In this document: positions 52,276 to 64,000 of the stretch, piece after piece
How positions within the stretch are numbered: position 1 is the stretch's first letter
Layout of the letters: the number at the start of each line of letters is the position of its first letter
Assembly (NCBI RefSeq): GCF_006345805.1
Contig: NC_043006.1
Span: 60,946,001-61,010,000, forward strand
Origin: Octopus sinensis
Taxonomy: Eukaryota
Length of the DNA: 64,000 nt
Reading direction: 5' to 3'
Notes under the pieces: generated by a model
Databases searched by the model: none
What the model saw: the letters and a program-made list of their open reading frames with translations, nothing else
Told to the model about the DNA's origin: nothing
Position numbers and translations under genes: made by a program

Positions 52276-53406
52276 TTGGGTCATCCCATAAATAATGCGG
52301 TTTTATTATATTTTATTAACATTTAAATCTCTTTAAATCTAAAATATATTCTCCTTCATTTTCTATAATGCTAATCCATGTATCTGGTAGACTTGCAAGG
52401 CCACTCTTCCAAAATTCACTTGTCCATGACGAAAAATACTTCTCCCGTACTGTTCTGACCTCGTCTACAGAATTTTCTCCGTCCAAATTATTTTGAAGAC
52501 TGCGGAATAAATGATAATCAGATAATGTAATGCCCAGCGTATATGGTGGATGGGTCACCCTTTCCCATTGAAACTGTTGCAACCATTGGAATTTCATCAT
52601 CTCTGTATATGGCCGAGGATTATCCTGATGATAGAACACCATTCGTCTTGAAACCAATGACGGTCGTTTTCCTTCTAGCGGTGACTTAAGCCGCTCAAGC
52701 TGCTCGCAGTAGATCTAATTTGTTATCGTTTGATTTGGGTTTAAAAGTTCAATGTGGACTAGACCTTTCATATCCCACCAGACAGATAACAACACCTTAC
52801 GTTGGTGAGGATGTTCTTTAGCCTGTGTTTCTCCTTTCCTTATTCACTGTCTTCGGTGTTTGATATGTTTATAGAGAAGCGACCTCTCGTCACCAGTCAC
52901 TATTCGTTCCTAAAATGGTTCATTCGTGAGACGTGACAGTAAAGAAGAGCCCATATTAACTCTCTCCGCGCGATTAACCTCGGAAAGTTTGTGAGGAAAC
53001 TATCTACCCAATTTACCAATTTTTCTGAAGGCACGCATGTGTCGATGAATGATTGAAGTCGAAATACAAGCCTCTATGCTAGTTTCTAACAGTTCCGATG
53101 GTATGTTGTATCACCGGGAATTGCAGGACATCCTCGTCATGCTCTACACTCGTCCCAAAAGGCAGTAGTTTGCGGCTCGGAATCTCTGGAACCACCGTTG
53201 ATACTAGCTTACGCTTATTATCCGATCCCCATATGCTACCTTAATATTTCGCGCACTTTTCATTTCGATGCTGCCTTCATTGTACGCATAAAGCGAAATA
53301 TGCTGAATATACTCCTTTATCACTTCCATTATAAGGTTGAAAATATAACTGTTAAAATCTTCAAAAGTAAAATTGAAAAAACCGCATTATTTATGGGATG
53401 ACCTAG
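52276..53406 (-). mobile_element. Mariner relic, third family
   Basis: TIR core GGTCATCCCATAAATAATGCGGTTTT at both ends; FYHQDNPRPY, HPPY and SDYHLFRSLQN on the minus strand. Confidence 0.92.
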
Positions 53407-54337
53407 TACATATGTTTGTATATAGGTCTTATATTCACTTGTCAATATCAAATTTGAAATAAGCATTTATTTGGCAATAAAATTATAACAGATACGAAAA
53501 AACCGTAAAATCCTCTGAATGCAAATCTCGGCTTTATTGGGATAATTATCAGTAATATTTTTTTTTGTTTCGTTTTGTATTTGTTGAACATATAGAGAAA
53601 ACACGGAACATATCTGAGGATGTTATGAGATTCAATTATAATTAAAATAAAATTTTATCTCTCACAAAATGAATTAAGGCTTTTTACGTTTTCAATAACA
53701 AAATCAATGCACACTGGAAAGGGCTCTTTGCATATTTAAGTGAATATTGTTTACGACTGAATCTTTCGTACATTTACAAATGTGCCATTTAAAATATACG
53801 GCTGCTGATCTACTACAATGCATAGTTTGAAGACGTTATATTTAAGCAAATCATCCTTCATACAGAACAATAAGGAAACGTAACACAGAAAAAAATTCTA
53901 AACAAATAAATAGGAAGGTTTTCTCTGTTGTTATCAGCTTGACAAAATAGTGAATTATCCATAAAAATCCAATAACGTGTGCAGAATACAATCCACATTA
54001 TTAGCCCACGATTTTTAATGATAATATTTTTTTTCCTTAGAAAAGTAAGTAAAGCGTATAGGAAAAAACAATAGGTCCGCGTTGTTAATAGCAACAAAGA
54101 TACGAACTAGAAACACACTCTGTTGCTTACATATATATCTAGGAGAATATTCCATATAAGTTAATAAGAATTTATTTCATACGGAAATGTTCGTATAGAA
54201 CCACACTTATTTAAATGTACAATCCCACCACAAACACGCCAATACACACACATATATGTATATACGCACATGCATCTATCTTAATATACTTATGCATATG
54301 TATGTCTGTGTGGGTGTTAACAATTATGCAAACATAT

Positions 54338-54419
<82 letters not shown>

Positions 54420-55104
54420 ATCCGTGTTTGTGTCTGTATTCTTGTATGTATAATTCATCGTTCATCTTTGCTATTTTTTTTCTATTGTCACCTAATTGCC
54501 AAGAATATTATTTGCTTCAGTATATTGAATTTGGAAATTCATTTAAAAAACCTCTCCTTTTTATAGAACACGAACTTCTAGAGAATAAAAGCTTCTTGAA
54601 ACATTCTTCTTTTATACTCTTTCATATTTTGTGTATGGAACATACTTTGAAGATGATTTTGCATTAAATATCACAATATTTCCAATTCTTATGTGTTATG
54701 CAAATATCTTAAAGACATTTTCTTGAATGTGGTTATGGTCCCCATATTTAAACGTTTCTATTACAAACCTTTTCTACCGTGATGCCTATAGGGTTTATGG
54801 ATTATTTTTTCTTTCACCGTCTTCATATCAATTGTTTAATGTTTTGTTATTTAAATATTTGTTCCATCGAGAGAGTAAACGTTCTGCTCCAAGGCTGGCA
54901 ATTCGTATGTAATTTATAAATAAGACTAGCTTAAGGTGACCCGCTCTACGCGTGGGTGAGGGTGTGGTTGTTACTTTCTGTTGCTTCCTTTTTATTTCTT
55001 ATCACCACATTTTCCCTTTTGTTTCTCTCGCTTTTCTCTCTCCCTTTCCCACTCTCTTACTCTTCCTTTCTCTCGGACTCTCCCTCGCTTTCTCTTACTC
55101 GCTA

Positions 55105-55140
<36 letters not shown>

Positions 55141-56535
55141 ATTTATAAACAACAAAGGATCTTGAGTAAGTTGAGAAAGAATATTTTTGAAAGATCAATC
55201 ATAAATATCAGGCAGTGACAAAAGGAAAGCACACTTGCCTTTTTACGTGCCATTATTTGAGCGATTAAAAATAAGTAAAAAAGAAAAGGATTTCTTTGTT
55301 AAATTTACTAGGGCGATAATAATTCACCGTTCTAAAGGACCAGTGGCAGGAATATTTAAACTTTTGCGGCTATCAACGCTTTCTATCTATAGATACAGAC
55401 AGACGTACAGTGAGAGAGGTGGTGGCAGAAAGAGTGACAGAGAGACGAAGCTGTCAAACGTCGTTATGGAGAAAAAGTGGAGGGAACGAAGAAAAGAGTG
55501 AGATCGAGGAAGATAGGGTAATATCCGAAAGGGAGAAACGACAAACACTTGTCAAAGTCTGGGTTTTTTGCCCTAGTAACCGCTTCCTCGCCTCATTTTA
55601 CATGTCCCTGTAAAGTTTGGAGCCAATCCGACCCCATCTACCGTTCCCATCCCCAATTGAGACAAACAAATTTTTCGCATTTTAGCTTTATAGATATTGA
55701 TGGATATACTATACAAGATAATATTTGGATCAGAGTAGATGAAATTATTTTACATACTGTTTAGGAACACTTTAAACCCGATCGAGCAACAGTATTACCA
55801 AAGTCATTTCAACCTTAAGTCACCAGTGTTTTAGGGGACATCTAGGATAACACTATATAATGTGGTCCAACGTTTCTAAAGTAACGTAAGCGGAATGAAA
55901 AAGTTTTCACCATAAGAAAGTTCCATCTTCTGGAATACATGAGTTGCTGTGTCTTTTGTTTCTCGTATTTAGCAATGCACACCAAACCCCTTACATAAAT
56001 ATTAACTGTGATAAATTGATAAACACACATTGAAACATACACACGCACTCACATAGTGTATGGTGCTGTTAACACGGTAGTAATGGCTTCGTGCATTTCC
56101 TTTAACAATAATTTACTCGTAGGTTTGATATTGGCTGCTCATCCACATCAACAAACTGAGTGGAAACAAGATTATAAACGGGATATTGTGCATCTTGTGA
56201 GGAGGCATGCAATAGAAAAGGGGAAGACTGGTAAATATGAAAACACATTTGATTAATTTAGCATCTATACACTGTTATTTTTATACCTAAGAATAAATGC
56301 TAAAATATACGAATGTAATTTGATAATATAAACTTAATTATATCTAATTATTCATATTTATTCACATAAATACAATACATTGGCAGTTAACTAAAATACA
56401 TTTATTACATTTTATTAATTTAATGCCAGTAATGAAACCCACTAAGATATTTGAGGAGTATGTACACGAATATGTACATACACGTATTAGAGTAGAAATT
56501 ATCAGATTATATCCGAAATAACGGCAGTAAAATTT

Positions 56536-56605
<70 letters not shown>

Positions 56606-56666
56606 GCTACTACTACTACTACTATTACTACTACTACCACTACTACTACTCTTCTTCTTCTTCTTG
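56536..56666. repeat. (CTA)n-(CTT)n compound trinucleotide tract
   Basis: Direct repeat. Confidence 0.95.
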
Positions 56667-57045
56667 CCTTTGCACAGCTTCTAACGCTGGAGATGTACTG
56701 CGGTGTCTGCAGTTCACTACTTGTGAACTAATGTAACGCCTATATTTCGAGCACATTCCGGAGTATTCGAGCGGTTCCAAGAACTGATGTTTTCTGCAAG
56801 TGCTCCACCCTTTTGCAGCTCCTATTTGTTCCATGTACTTCCCGAGATTTTTGCTCACTGTTCCCAGGGCTCCGACAATTATTGGTACTACTGCTACCTT
56901 TTTCATCGACCACAAATGCTTAACTTCCCAAGTTAACCTGTTATATCTCTCAACTTTTCTTTCTTCCTTATCGCATACCTTGCTGTCAGTTAGGCATGCT
57001 GTATGTATGATCCAACATAGTTTGTTTTCTTTCTCAATTAATATT
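56667..57045 (-). mobile_element. R4/Dong-like RLE 3' fragment
   Basis: KEERKVERYNRLTWEVKHLWSMKKVAVVPIIVGALGTV. Confidence 0.88.
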
Positions 57046-57145
57046 ATCATTATTATTATTTTTACTATTATTATTTTTTTATCCACCCAGCTGATTAGAA
57101 AAGAAAGGAATCCTAACTTTGGGCTACAAGTAGCCTTACCCTACT

Positions 57146-57310
57146 ATTCTTCTTCTTCTTCTTCTTCTTCTTCTTCTTCTTCTTCTTCTTCTTCTTCTTC
57201 TTCTTCTTCTTCTTCTTCTTCTTCTTCTTCTTCTTCTTCTTCTTCTTCTACTTCTTCTTCCCCGTCTCCTCCTCCTCCTCCTTCTCCTCCTCCTCCTTCT
57301 TCTTCGTCTT
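57146..57310. repeat. (TCT)n-(CCT)n tract
   Basis: Direct repeat. Confidence 0.95.
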
Positions 57311-57322
57311 AGTATTATTATA

Positions 57323-57842
57323 GAGTGAGAGAGCAGCGAATGCTATCAAAGTGAGACTGCAGTACAAATATACGAATCCGAATATACCTACCATCACTAC
57401 GCTTCCTATAAATATACACCAGTTACATGCATCACAACCATATGTGCGTGACATGGTGATACCATCTCGAGATAAACAGCGCATGATCTTGCAAGTGAGG
57501 CCCAGTTAAGACTTTCTCCAAGTCGAGTAGCCTATCCTGCTCATAATGTCCCTGAATAACGTTTGTTTAAGGATGATGAACGAAACACTCATGTTTACTG
57601 AGGTGGATTTTCCAACCACAAAGCATTCCTCTAAACACTTGGTTACGATGCTCCTCAACTACTTCTGCTCATGATCAGAGATGTACATAGTGTCAGCCAT
57701 TAAAAGAAATGATTAACTGGTTAATATTGAGCAGAATATTTGCTGTAGCTTTTCTTTTATACCAAGAAAAATTAATGTACATGATAACACTTCCAATCAG
57801 TTAAGATCAAATGACTTGAAAGCCACTGCCTGACATTGCGTT
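57323..57842 (-). mobile_element. About 550-bp repeat, copy 3 (more diverged)
   Basis: Reverse-complement homology to 13936-14488. Confidence 0.82.
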
Positions 57843-58003
57843 CAACATATTTATTTCAAAATTTTGGCAAGATCTGGCGAAGAAGTAAGTCGATTATATC
57901 GACCGCAGTTCTCAACTTATTTTATCGAGCATTAGAAGAATTGTTACAACATATTGGCAAATAATATGGGCTGAAACGTTTCCCAAAAGAAAATTCATCA
58001 GTA

Positions 58004-58402
58004 AGGTGCAAGAGCGGCTGTGTGGTAAGTAGCTTGCTTACCAACCACATGGTACCAGGTTCAGTCCCACTGCGTGGCACCTGGGGCAAGTGTCTTCTAC
58101 TATAGCCTCGGGCCGACCAAAGCCTTTTGAGTGGATTTGGTAGACGGAAACTGAAAGAAGCCCGTCGTATATATGTATATATGTATATGTATATGTGTGT
58201 CTGTGTTTGTCTCCCCCAACATCGCTTGACAACCGATGCTGGTGTGTTTATGTCTCCGTAATTTAGCGGTTCGGCAAAAGAGCCCAATAAAATAAGTTCT
58301 AGGCTTACAAAGAATAAGTCCTGGGGTCGATTTTCTCGACTAAAGCTGGTGCTCCAGCATGGCCGCAGTCAAATGATTGAAACAAGTAAAAGAGAAAAAG
58401 AG
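58004..58402 (+). mobile_element. Full-length tRNA-derived SINE, family B, with an internal TA/TG microsatellite
   Basis: A-box-like TGGTAAGTAGCTTGC, B-box-like GGTTCAGTCCC and a GAAACAAGTAAAAGAG tail. Confidence 0.9.
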
Positions 58403-61229
58403 TAAAATAGTAATTTAACCAACGAAACTATCGTTTCTAATCAAACGTTGCTTTCAAGGTATTACAAACATCAAAGAAAAAGCTATATTTCTTATTGGGG
58501 ATTTAAAGTTATTTTTAATTAATTTTTATTTTAATTCATAATAGTGCCATTGCAAAGTTAGGCAAACATTTTTGGTAATATAGTTTATTTACAGTTTTTC
58601 TTTACAGTAGTGTTAATAAAGTTATTAGAATTTCAAAACGTTAAGTGAAAATATAGCTAGTTGTGTGACCAATTGAAAATATATTAGTCTGTCTGCAAAT
58701 TAATATACTATGTATATTGATAAAACGTATATTGAAAAGATAAAACGTATATTGAAAAGGCATTACATATTATCAATTATGTTAAGATTTGATAGGCATT
58801 TTTCTGTATAATTTCATGTTACCTTCAGGATATTCGCAGTTCTATGAAACAGAGCTATTGCCTAAATGTAATTTAAATCAACGATTAATACTTTCACACA
58901 ACGTCCTTGTACACCAGATTTGAAACGGTTTACAATATTGTTCCGAACTCTCTAATCATCAGAACTTGGATCTAATGAAACCAATACATATAACATCAGC
59001 TACTGTGAGTCTTGGTGTTTGTGAAGTTATATGAATTGTTGGAGTACTGCAGCCTTTAATCCAAATACTGCTGACAACAAATTTTTATCTTTTGGCATCA
59101 ATCTCCAAATGTCTATGGTGAATGGAAGCCACATTTCTTTCACCCGTTTATTACTACTAAACTGTTTTAAACTATGACTGTCTCCCAATGAAACACTGCA
59201 TCGATTCTGGTGGTCATTCCAGAAGATGAAATGAGGTAGGGGTGCATCATGCATATTATTTCACTCCTGAATTTGTAGAAAACTATCTAGGTCTTTGATG
59301 AGAGAATTTAACAAAATTTGCTGAACACTATCCACCGACGAAAAGATTTGACAATCTAAGTTTTGTTCAACAGTTCATTATTACCAAAGTCTCGTGATGA
59401 AACATTGCATCGACTCTGGCAGTCATTCCACACTGTAATTATTCATCAATGTTTTTGTTCGCAATTCTCCTACATTCTATTAGATAAACCATTAAGAAAA
59501 CATTCGCCACATGCAAAATCTCGCTACCTATGACACGACAAGATAAAGAGCCGAGACATGACAAGATGAAGAGTCCCCGTTTGTAATACTATAAAAATAT
59601 CCTATTTCCTCGCCTCAATCGTTATTTATCCTAATGTACAGAAGCACATGATTTTTCATAGAACGGCCGTCTACATATCGTAACTCCTCAAAATGAATTT
59701 CTGTTTAAATAAACCCAAACGATAATCATCTTTATCATTAAGAGATAAATGAAACTATTCCCCCAAGACTTACAAAATCTCGACGAACAGAGGAAGCGGA
59801 GAGGGACTTCAACGAGAATATGTAAGTTTAATTTATTTCAATAGCTTAAATACGTATTCGATTCGGAAAATGCAATGGGCCCCTATGTCTAATAACATCT
59901 ATTTTACATTTCTACAATAGCTGCCAAATAGTAGGTTTTTGTTTTCCGCAGAAGTATAAATTGCAGTTGTCCTAATTTGTAAGTGGTCCTTTAAAAAACA
60001 CAGGAATAACCTATTTACAGTTCTGCTCACACATATCAGACCATATTACAGTTATACACATAATATGTAGAGAGATCATTTAAACGTCCCCTATTCTGTT
60101 GATTCGCACATAGTAGCACTTCACAAATTGACATCCAATATATTATGGATGAGATATTTCTTGTGCTTAAATCAGTTTAGATTTGTGAGAAATTACATAA
60201 ATGTTTGAAAAAGTTTGAAAAAGAAAGCGAAGAAATATTGAAGTAACTGTCAGTTATATATCTAAAATAAATAATTCACACTACATCACTTACATATAGA
60301 GTGGAATGATGTGAAATCTTATAACATAAAACACAAATGAAATCAATATTCAAATAGAACGAATAAATAGACAGGAGTAGACAGAATTCAGTCATATATA
60401 AAATGGAATGTACCAAAGTTTGAGAGAAACGACAATGGAAAGTTATGTGGAAATAGGGGCAATAGTGTACTGAGAAAGCAGAGAGGGCCAACAGAAAATC
60501 AGCAGAAAATGAAAACTAAATTGCACAGAGAGAGACAATTTATTTTGTGCGATGTAACAGAAATTGTGTATGCTATCATCCATCGTGTACCCGACTATAT
60601 TTTGTTATATATTGAGCAAATATGTAGCAATATATATTGGCCAAGTGTCCGTTAACATCGTGTCATTTAACAGTGTCCTTTAACATAGTGTGAGAAAGCC
60701 ATGGCTATGGAAGCTAGTTGAAAAATATCGAATTGATTTTGCCTATAATTGTAATACCTAATACTAATGATGTTCATGCACCCAATTATAGTAGTATTGA
60801 TTCTACTTGAAAATTACATTAAAGGTACAAAATCGATGGGACAATGTGCCGTTTTTAGAATGATAATTCAATGAGTGTAATGTTTAAACACACGAAACTT
60901 GGAGGCTAATATGTCGTTTCCAAAGTGAGAATTCCTCATATTATAAATACTAAAATACATACACACATACATCTAGAAACTTACTCATACATTTTCTCAA
61001 AAATGAGTTGGTCAGTAAATATGGCGTTTCGTCTACTAACCGCCTATCGTTAACCTCATATACAGCTTGCAAGCCATCGACCTTTTTCTTAAAAGATAAG
61101 TACTCTAGTAACAAGTATTGAGAAAACTTTAAATTTAAAAAATGTTAATAGATATATAGAATTTCACGTGAAAAGGAATAGCTATGCATTCACATTATCA
61201 TGCATATGTAACAACGTGTGCACGCATTA

Positions 61230-61331
<102 letters not shown>

Positions 61332-61343
61332 TATATATATGTG

Positions 61344-61374
<31 letters not shown>

Positions 61375-61634
61375 ATAATCAAAATAAGCAACAAGAATAA
61401 CATCGGTAATTTGGTACGATCGTTTCACGCTACATCATTTTAGTAAATGTTGTAAGTATTACAACAGTTTTAAAATGTTGAGCAATCATCAGCTATTAAT
61501 AGAGGTTTTCCATTAATACATAACTTTCATATCAATTGATAACATTATAGAGAAGGTAGATATATAGACAAAGGTGTTGATTTAAATTTTAAGAACATCA
61601 AGGTAGTAGAAAATCTAAATTTTGCTGAACTTTG

Positions 61635-61679
<45 letters not shown>

Positions 61680-61922
61680 AAAATAGGATAAAATCTTTAT
61701 AAGAATTTATCAAGCAGTTAGTGTGAAAAAATCATAGAGAAAAATCCACCAATTTTTCTCTTAAGTTTATTTATTTATATAATATAGAGGGCATTGCTAT
61801 ACATATATGCCACACGGTAGCAGGGACTCTTAAAATCAAAACTATCAAAATATATAAATACACCGTAGCGAGTGCGAGGAAATGCAACTCTCGAAGCAAG
61901 CTACTTAAATACATAATTTAGC

Positions 61923-61982
61923 TGCAAATCACGTGAGTTCAAAATTAGTGCAGAAATGCACTCTTTAATCCTCATCAGTGCA
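61923..61982 (-). ncRNA. HHR F3 (GAAC lesion)
   Basis: TGCA-CTGATGA-GGATTAAAG AGTGCA(TTTC)TGCACT AATTTT-GAAC-TCACGTGA-TT-TGCA. Confidence 0.6.
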
Positions 61983-62201
61983 AAATTTTATCCTATTTTT
62001 AAATTGTAAATTTAGCCGTAGTATATTCAGTACTGAATTTTTATTCCAAATAACCATGTGGTACCGAAATGCAATTCAAAAAATCCCGCCATTTACATAG
62101 ATGTATAAAGAGTGAACACTTCTATATGCTACGTTGGATACATTGGTTGTTCGTCTGGTATATTGATTTTTGTTCAGCCGTTATAAATCTTGATTTATAT
62201 T

Positions 62202-62258
62202 TGCACTGATGATTAAAGAGTGCATTTCTGCACTAATTATGAAATCATGTGATTTGCA
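62202..62258 (+). ncRNA. HHR F3 (stem II base damaged)
   Basis: TGCA-CTGATGA-TTAAAG AGTGCA(TTTC)TGCACT AATTAT-GAAA-TCATGTGA-TT-TGCA. Confidence 0.65.
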
Positions 62259-62355
62259 GCTGAATTCTGTTTTTAAGTGGCTTGCTTCGAGATTAAAGAG
62301 TTCCTCCTAGCGTGCGGCATTTATGTATAGTAAAGCCCTCTATATAATATATATA

Positions 62356-62403
<48 letters not shown>

Positions 62404-62591
62404 TACTGGATTGTGTTTAAGTTATGACCTGAGTATAAACGTATATGAATAAAAGTATGCTCTGTACGAATACCTGTCAAATACTGAGTAACAAGACGTT
62501 CATGAAGCAAAGTGGCGCCTACATCTTCAAGACGGTTGCCAGAAATGTTAATTATGTAACTATGTAATATACAAGTAATTACATATCTATA

Positions 62592-62633
<42 letters not shown>

Positions 62634-62664
62634 ATACCTATATACATATATACTTACATTCATA

Positions 62665-62704
<40 letters not shown>

Positions 62705-64000
62705 AACACACATATATGTATGCGTTTGTGTCCGATAGAAATAATTTCTAAATTCCGAGATGAATTGTCTTAGATCGATATTATTTTTTTATTTTATAAA
62801 TATATGTGTGAGACATAATTTGTGTTTGCTATATCTCCAAATTTGGTAATTTAGTGTGGTGTGGAAGGGATGATGTTCATGCACCCAATTATAAAAGGCA
62901 AACCTCATGACAATAGCGCAAATCAATCAGTTTCAACGTGATTCATTATTCACTCAAGTTATAAAAATGTGTGCATCAAAGGAAATCAATATTATATAAT
63001 ACTTTGTAAAAGCATCCTTTATTTTCACCAACAGAGATCTGATAATCATATTAACGAATATTGTTCTAAAGGAGAGATGCTTTAGTGCAGAGCTGAGGTA
63101 ATCAAAATGTCAAGTACGACATCATTCGCTTCAACCTCTTGTTCTTCATTAGAAGTATTCACAAAATGTGATATTTCTGCAGTGTAAAAATGACTATATG
63201 GCATATATATATTGATTAGTTTAAGCCTGAAGCACCTAAAATATTAGCCTTCTATTTAATTTTTACCAGCTAGTTTCTGCGTTGGATTCCAAAATACGTG
63301 TTCATAAATCTGGTGTATTATCGATTCCTTACTTACGGTTTGAGCTATAATTTGTAGAGGACGTGAAGTATGATGTGTAATGCTCATAACATTGAAGAGA
63401 GTATTTGCAGCGGAAATGAAATTTGACGTGAAAAATATCTGAGGATAAATCAATAAGTAAACTTGAAATAGAAAGGTCTTCCTCGTCGGCGTTCAAAAAT
63501 ACAGAGTTGCAAATGTCCGGAAGCCCATTCCGTCTCAATTGCTCTGCTGCAATTTGTTTAACGAAATTTATTTTCATGGCGGTACTTTGGTGTTATCACA
63601 AATAGTCCAATAACATATGCTGTTAACAACTCTATCTATGACCTCTACGTTGGCTTACAGGCCATTTTTTATAATTTTTCATGTTTTACGTAATTAACTG
63701 CCTCCCTACTGGAGTACCAATATATAATTTTAGTCATACATATCTATCGACACCAGTACTTATTCTTTCTGAATTCCAAAGCAAAAATACCTTTCTTTTT
63801 TAACCCTACCCATCAAAAATTCTTTCAGACTGTGAATAAAATACTCTGGTATGTAGCTTATAAAGACGAAATCTTTATGGGACTGGAGAGGGGAGGGGGC
63901 GGAAGGAGATTATAGGAGAGAGAAATTCGGAAGAAAGGAGAGATAAGGAAAAAGGGTGTCGTTATGTTTTATCTTTTAACATGTTACGAATAAGATGAGG

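Larger units (their letters stand above)
61677..62346. mobile_element. PLE family F3 inverted-repeat insertion in (TA)n
   Basis: Arms 61782-61983 / 62201-62346, left-only extension 61677-61781 and an HHR in each arm. Confidence 0.82.

Noticed and set aside
62480-62540. Minus-strand TTGAAGA-TG.AGGC...GCTTCA-TGAACGTC resembling an HHR in a TA-flanked fragment
   Set aside because: Both core halves and stem I are damaged and it is a single copy; not distinguishable from chance without a consensus.

Overview
This is an AT-rich, microsatellite-dense eukaryotic (metazoan) window with no confidently identifiable host protein-coding gene, rRNA, tRNA or CRISPR array. The SINE families and simple-repeat load resemble octopus genomes; that assignment is an inference. 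Nearly all interpretable sequence is mobile-element derived: three mariner relics with TIRs, a mariner-type MITE, a non-autonomous Helitron, an RTE/BovB-like LINE relic, many R4/Dong-like restriction-like-endonuclease LINE fragments stacked in (TAA)n, two tRNA-derived SINE families, and Penelope-like elements (PLEs). The main signal is a set of short type I hammerhead ribozyme (HHR) motifs: nine copies from four unrelated families, plus two degenerate or partial motifs. They lie in PLE pseudo-LTRs embedded in (TA)n tracts. Several insertions share one architecture: (TA)n - inverted pLTR with HHR and an extra 3' extension - body - pLTR with HHR - (TA)n. It appears at scales from a ~150-bp hairpin to a 2.6-kb structure with 1.1-kb inverted arms, next to a nearly complete RT + GIY-YIG PLE (48940-51580). 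HHRs in PLE pLTRs and inverted 5' pLTRs are known in general. The specific families, variant cores, one-sided extension and collapsed hairpin form are what merit follow-up. All coordinates and alignments were read by eye; no searches or folding programs were run.
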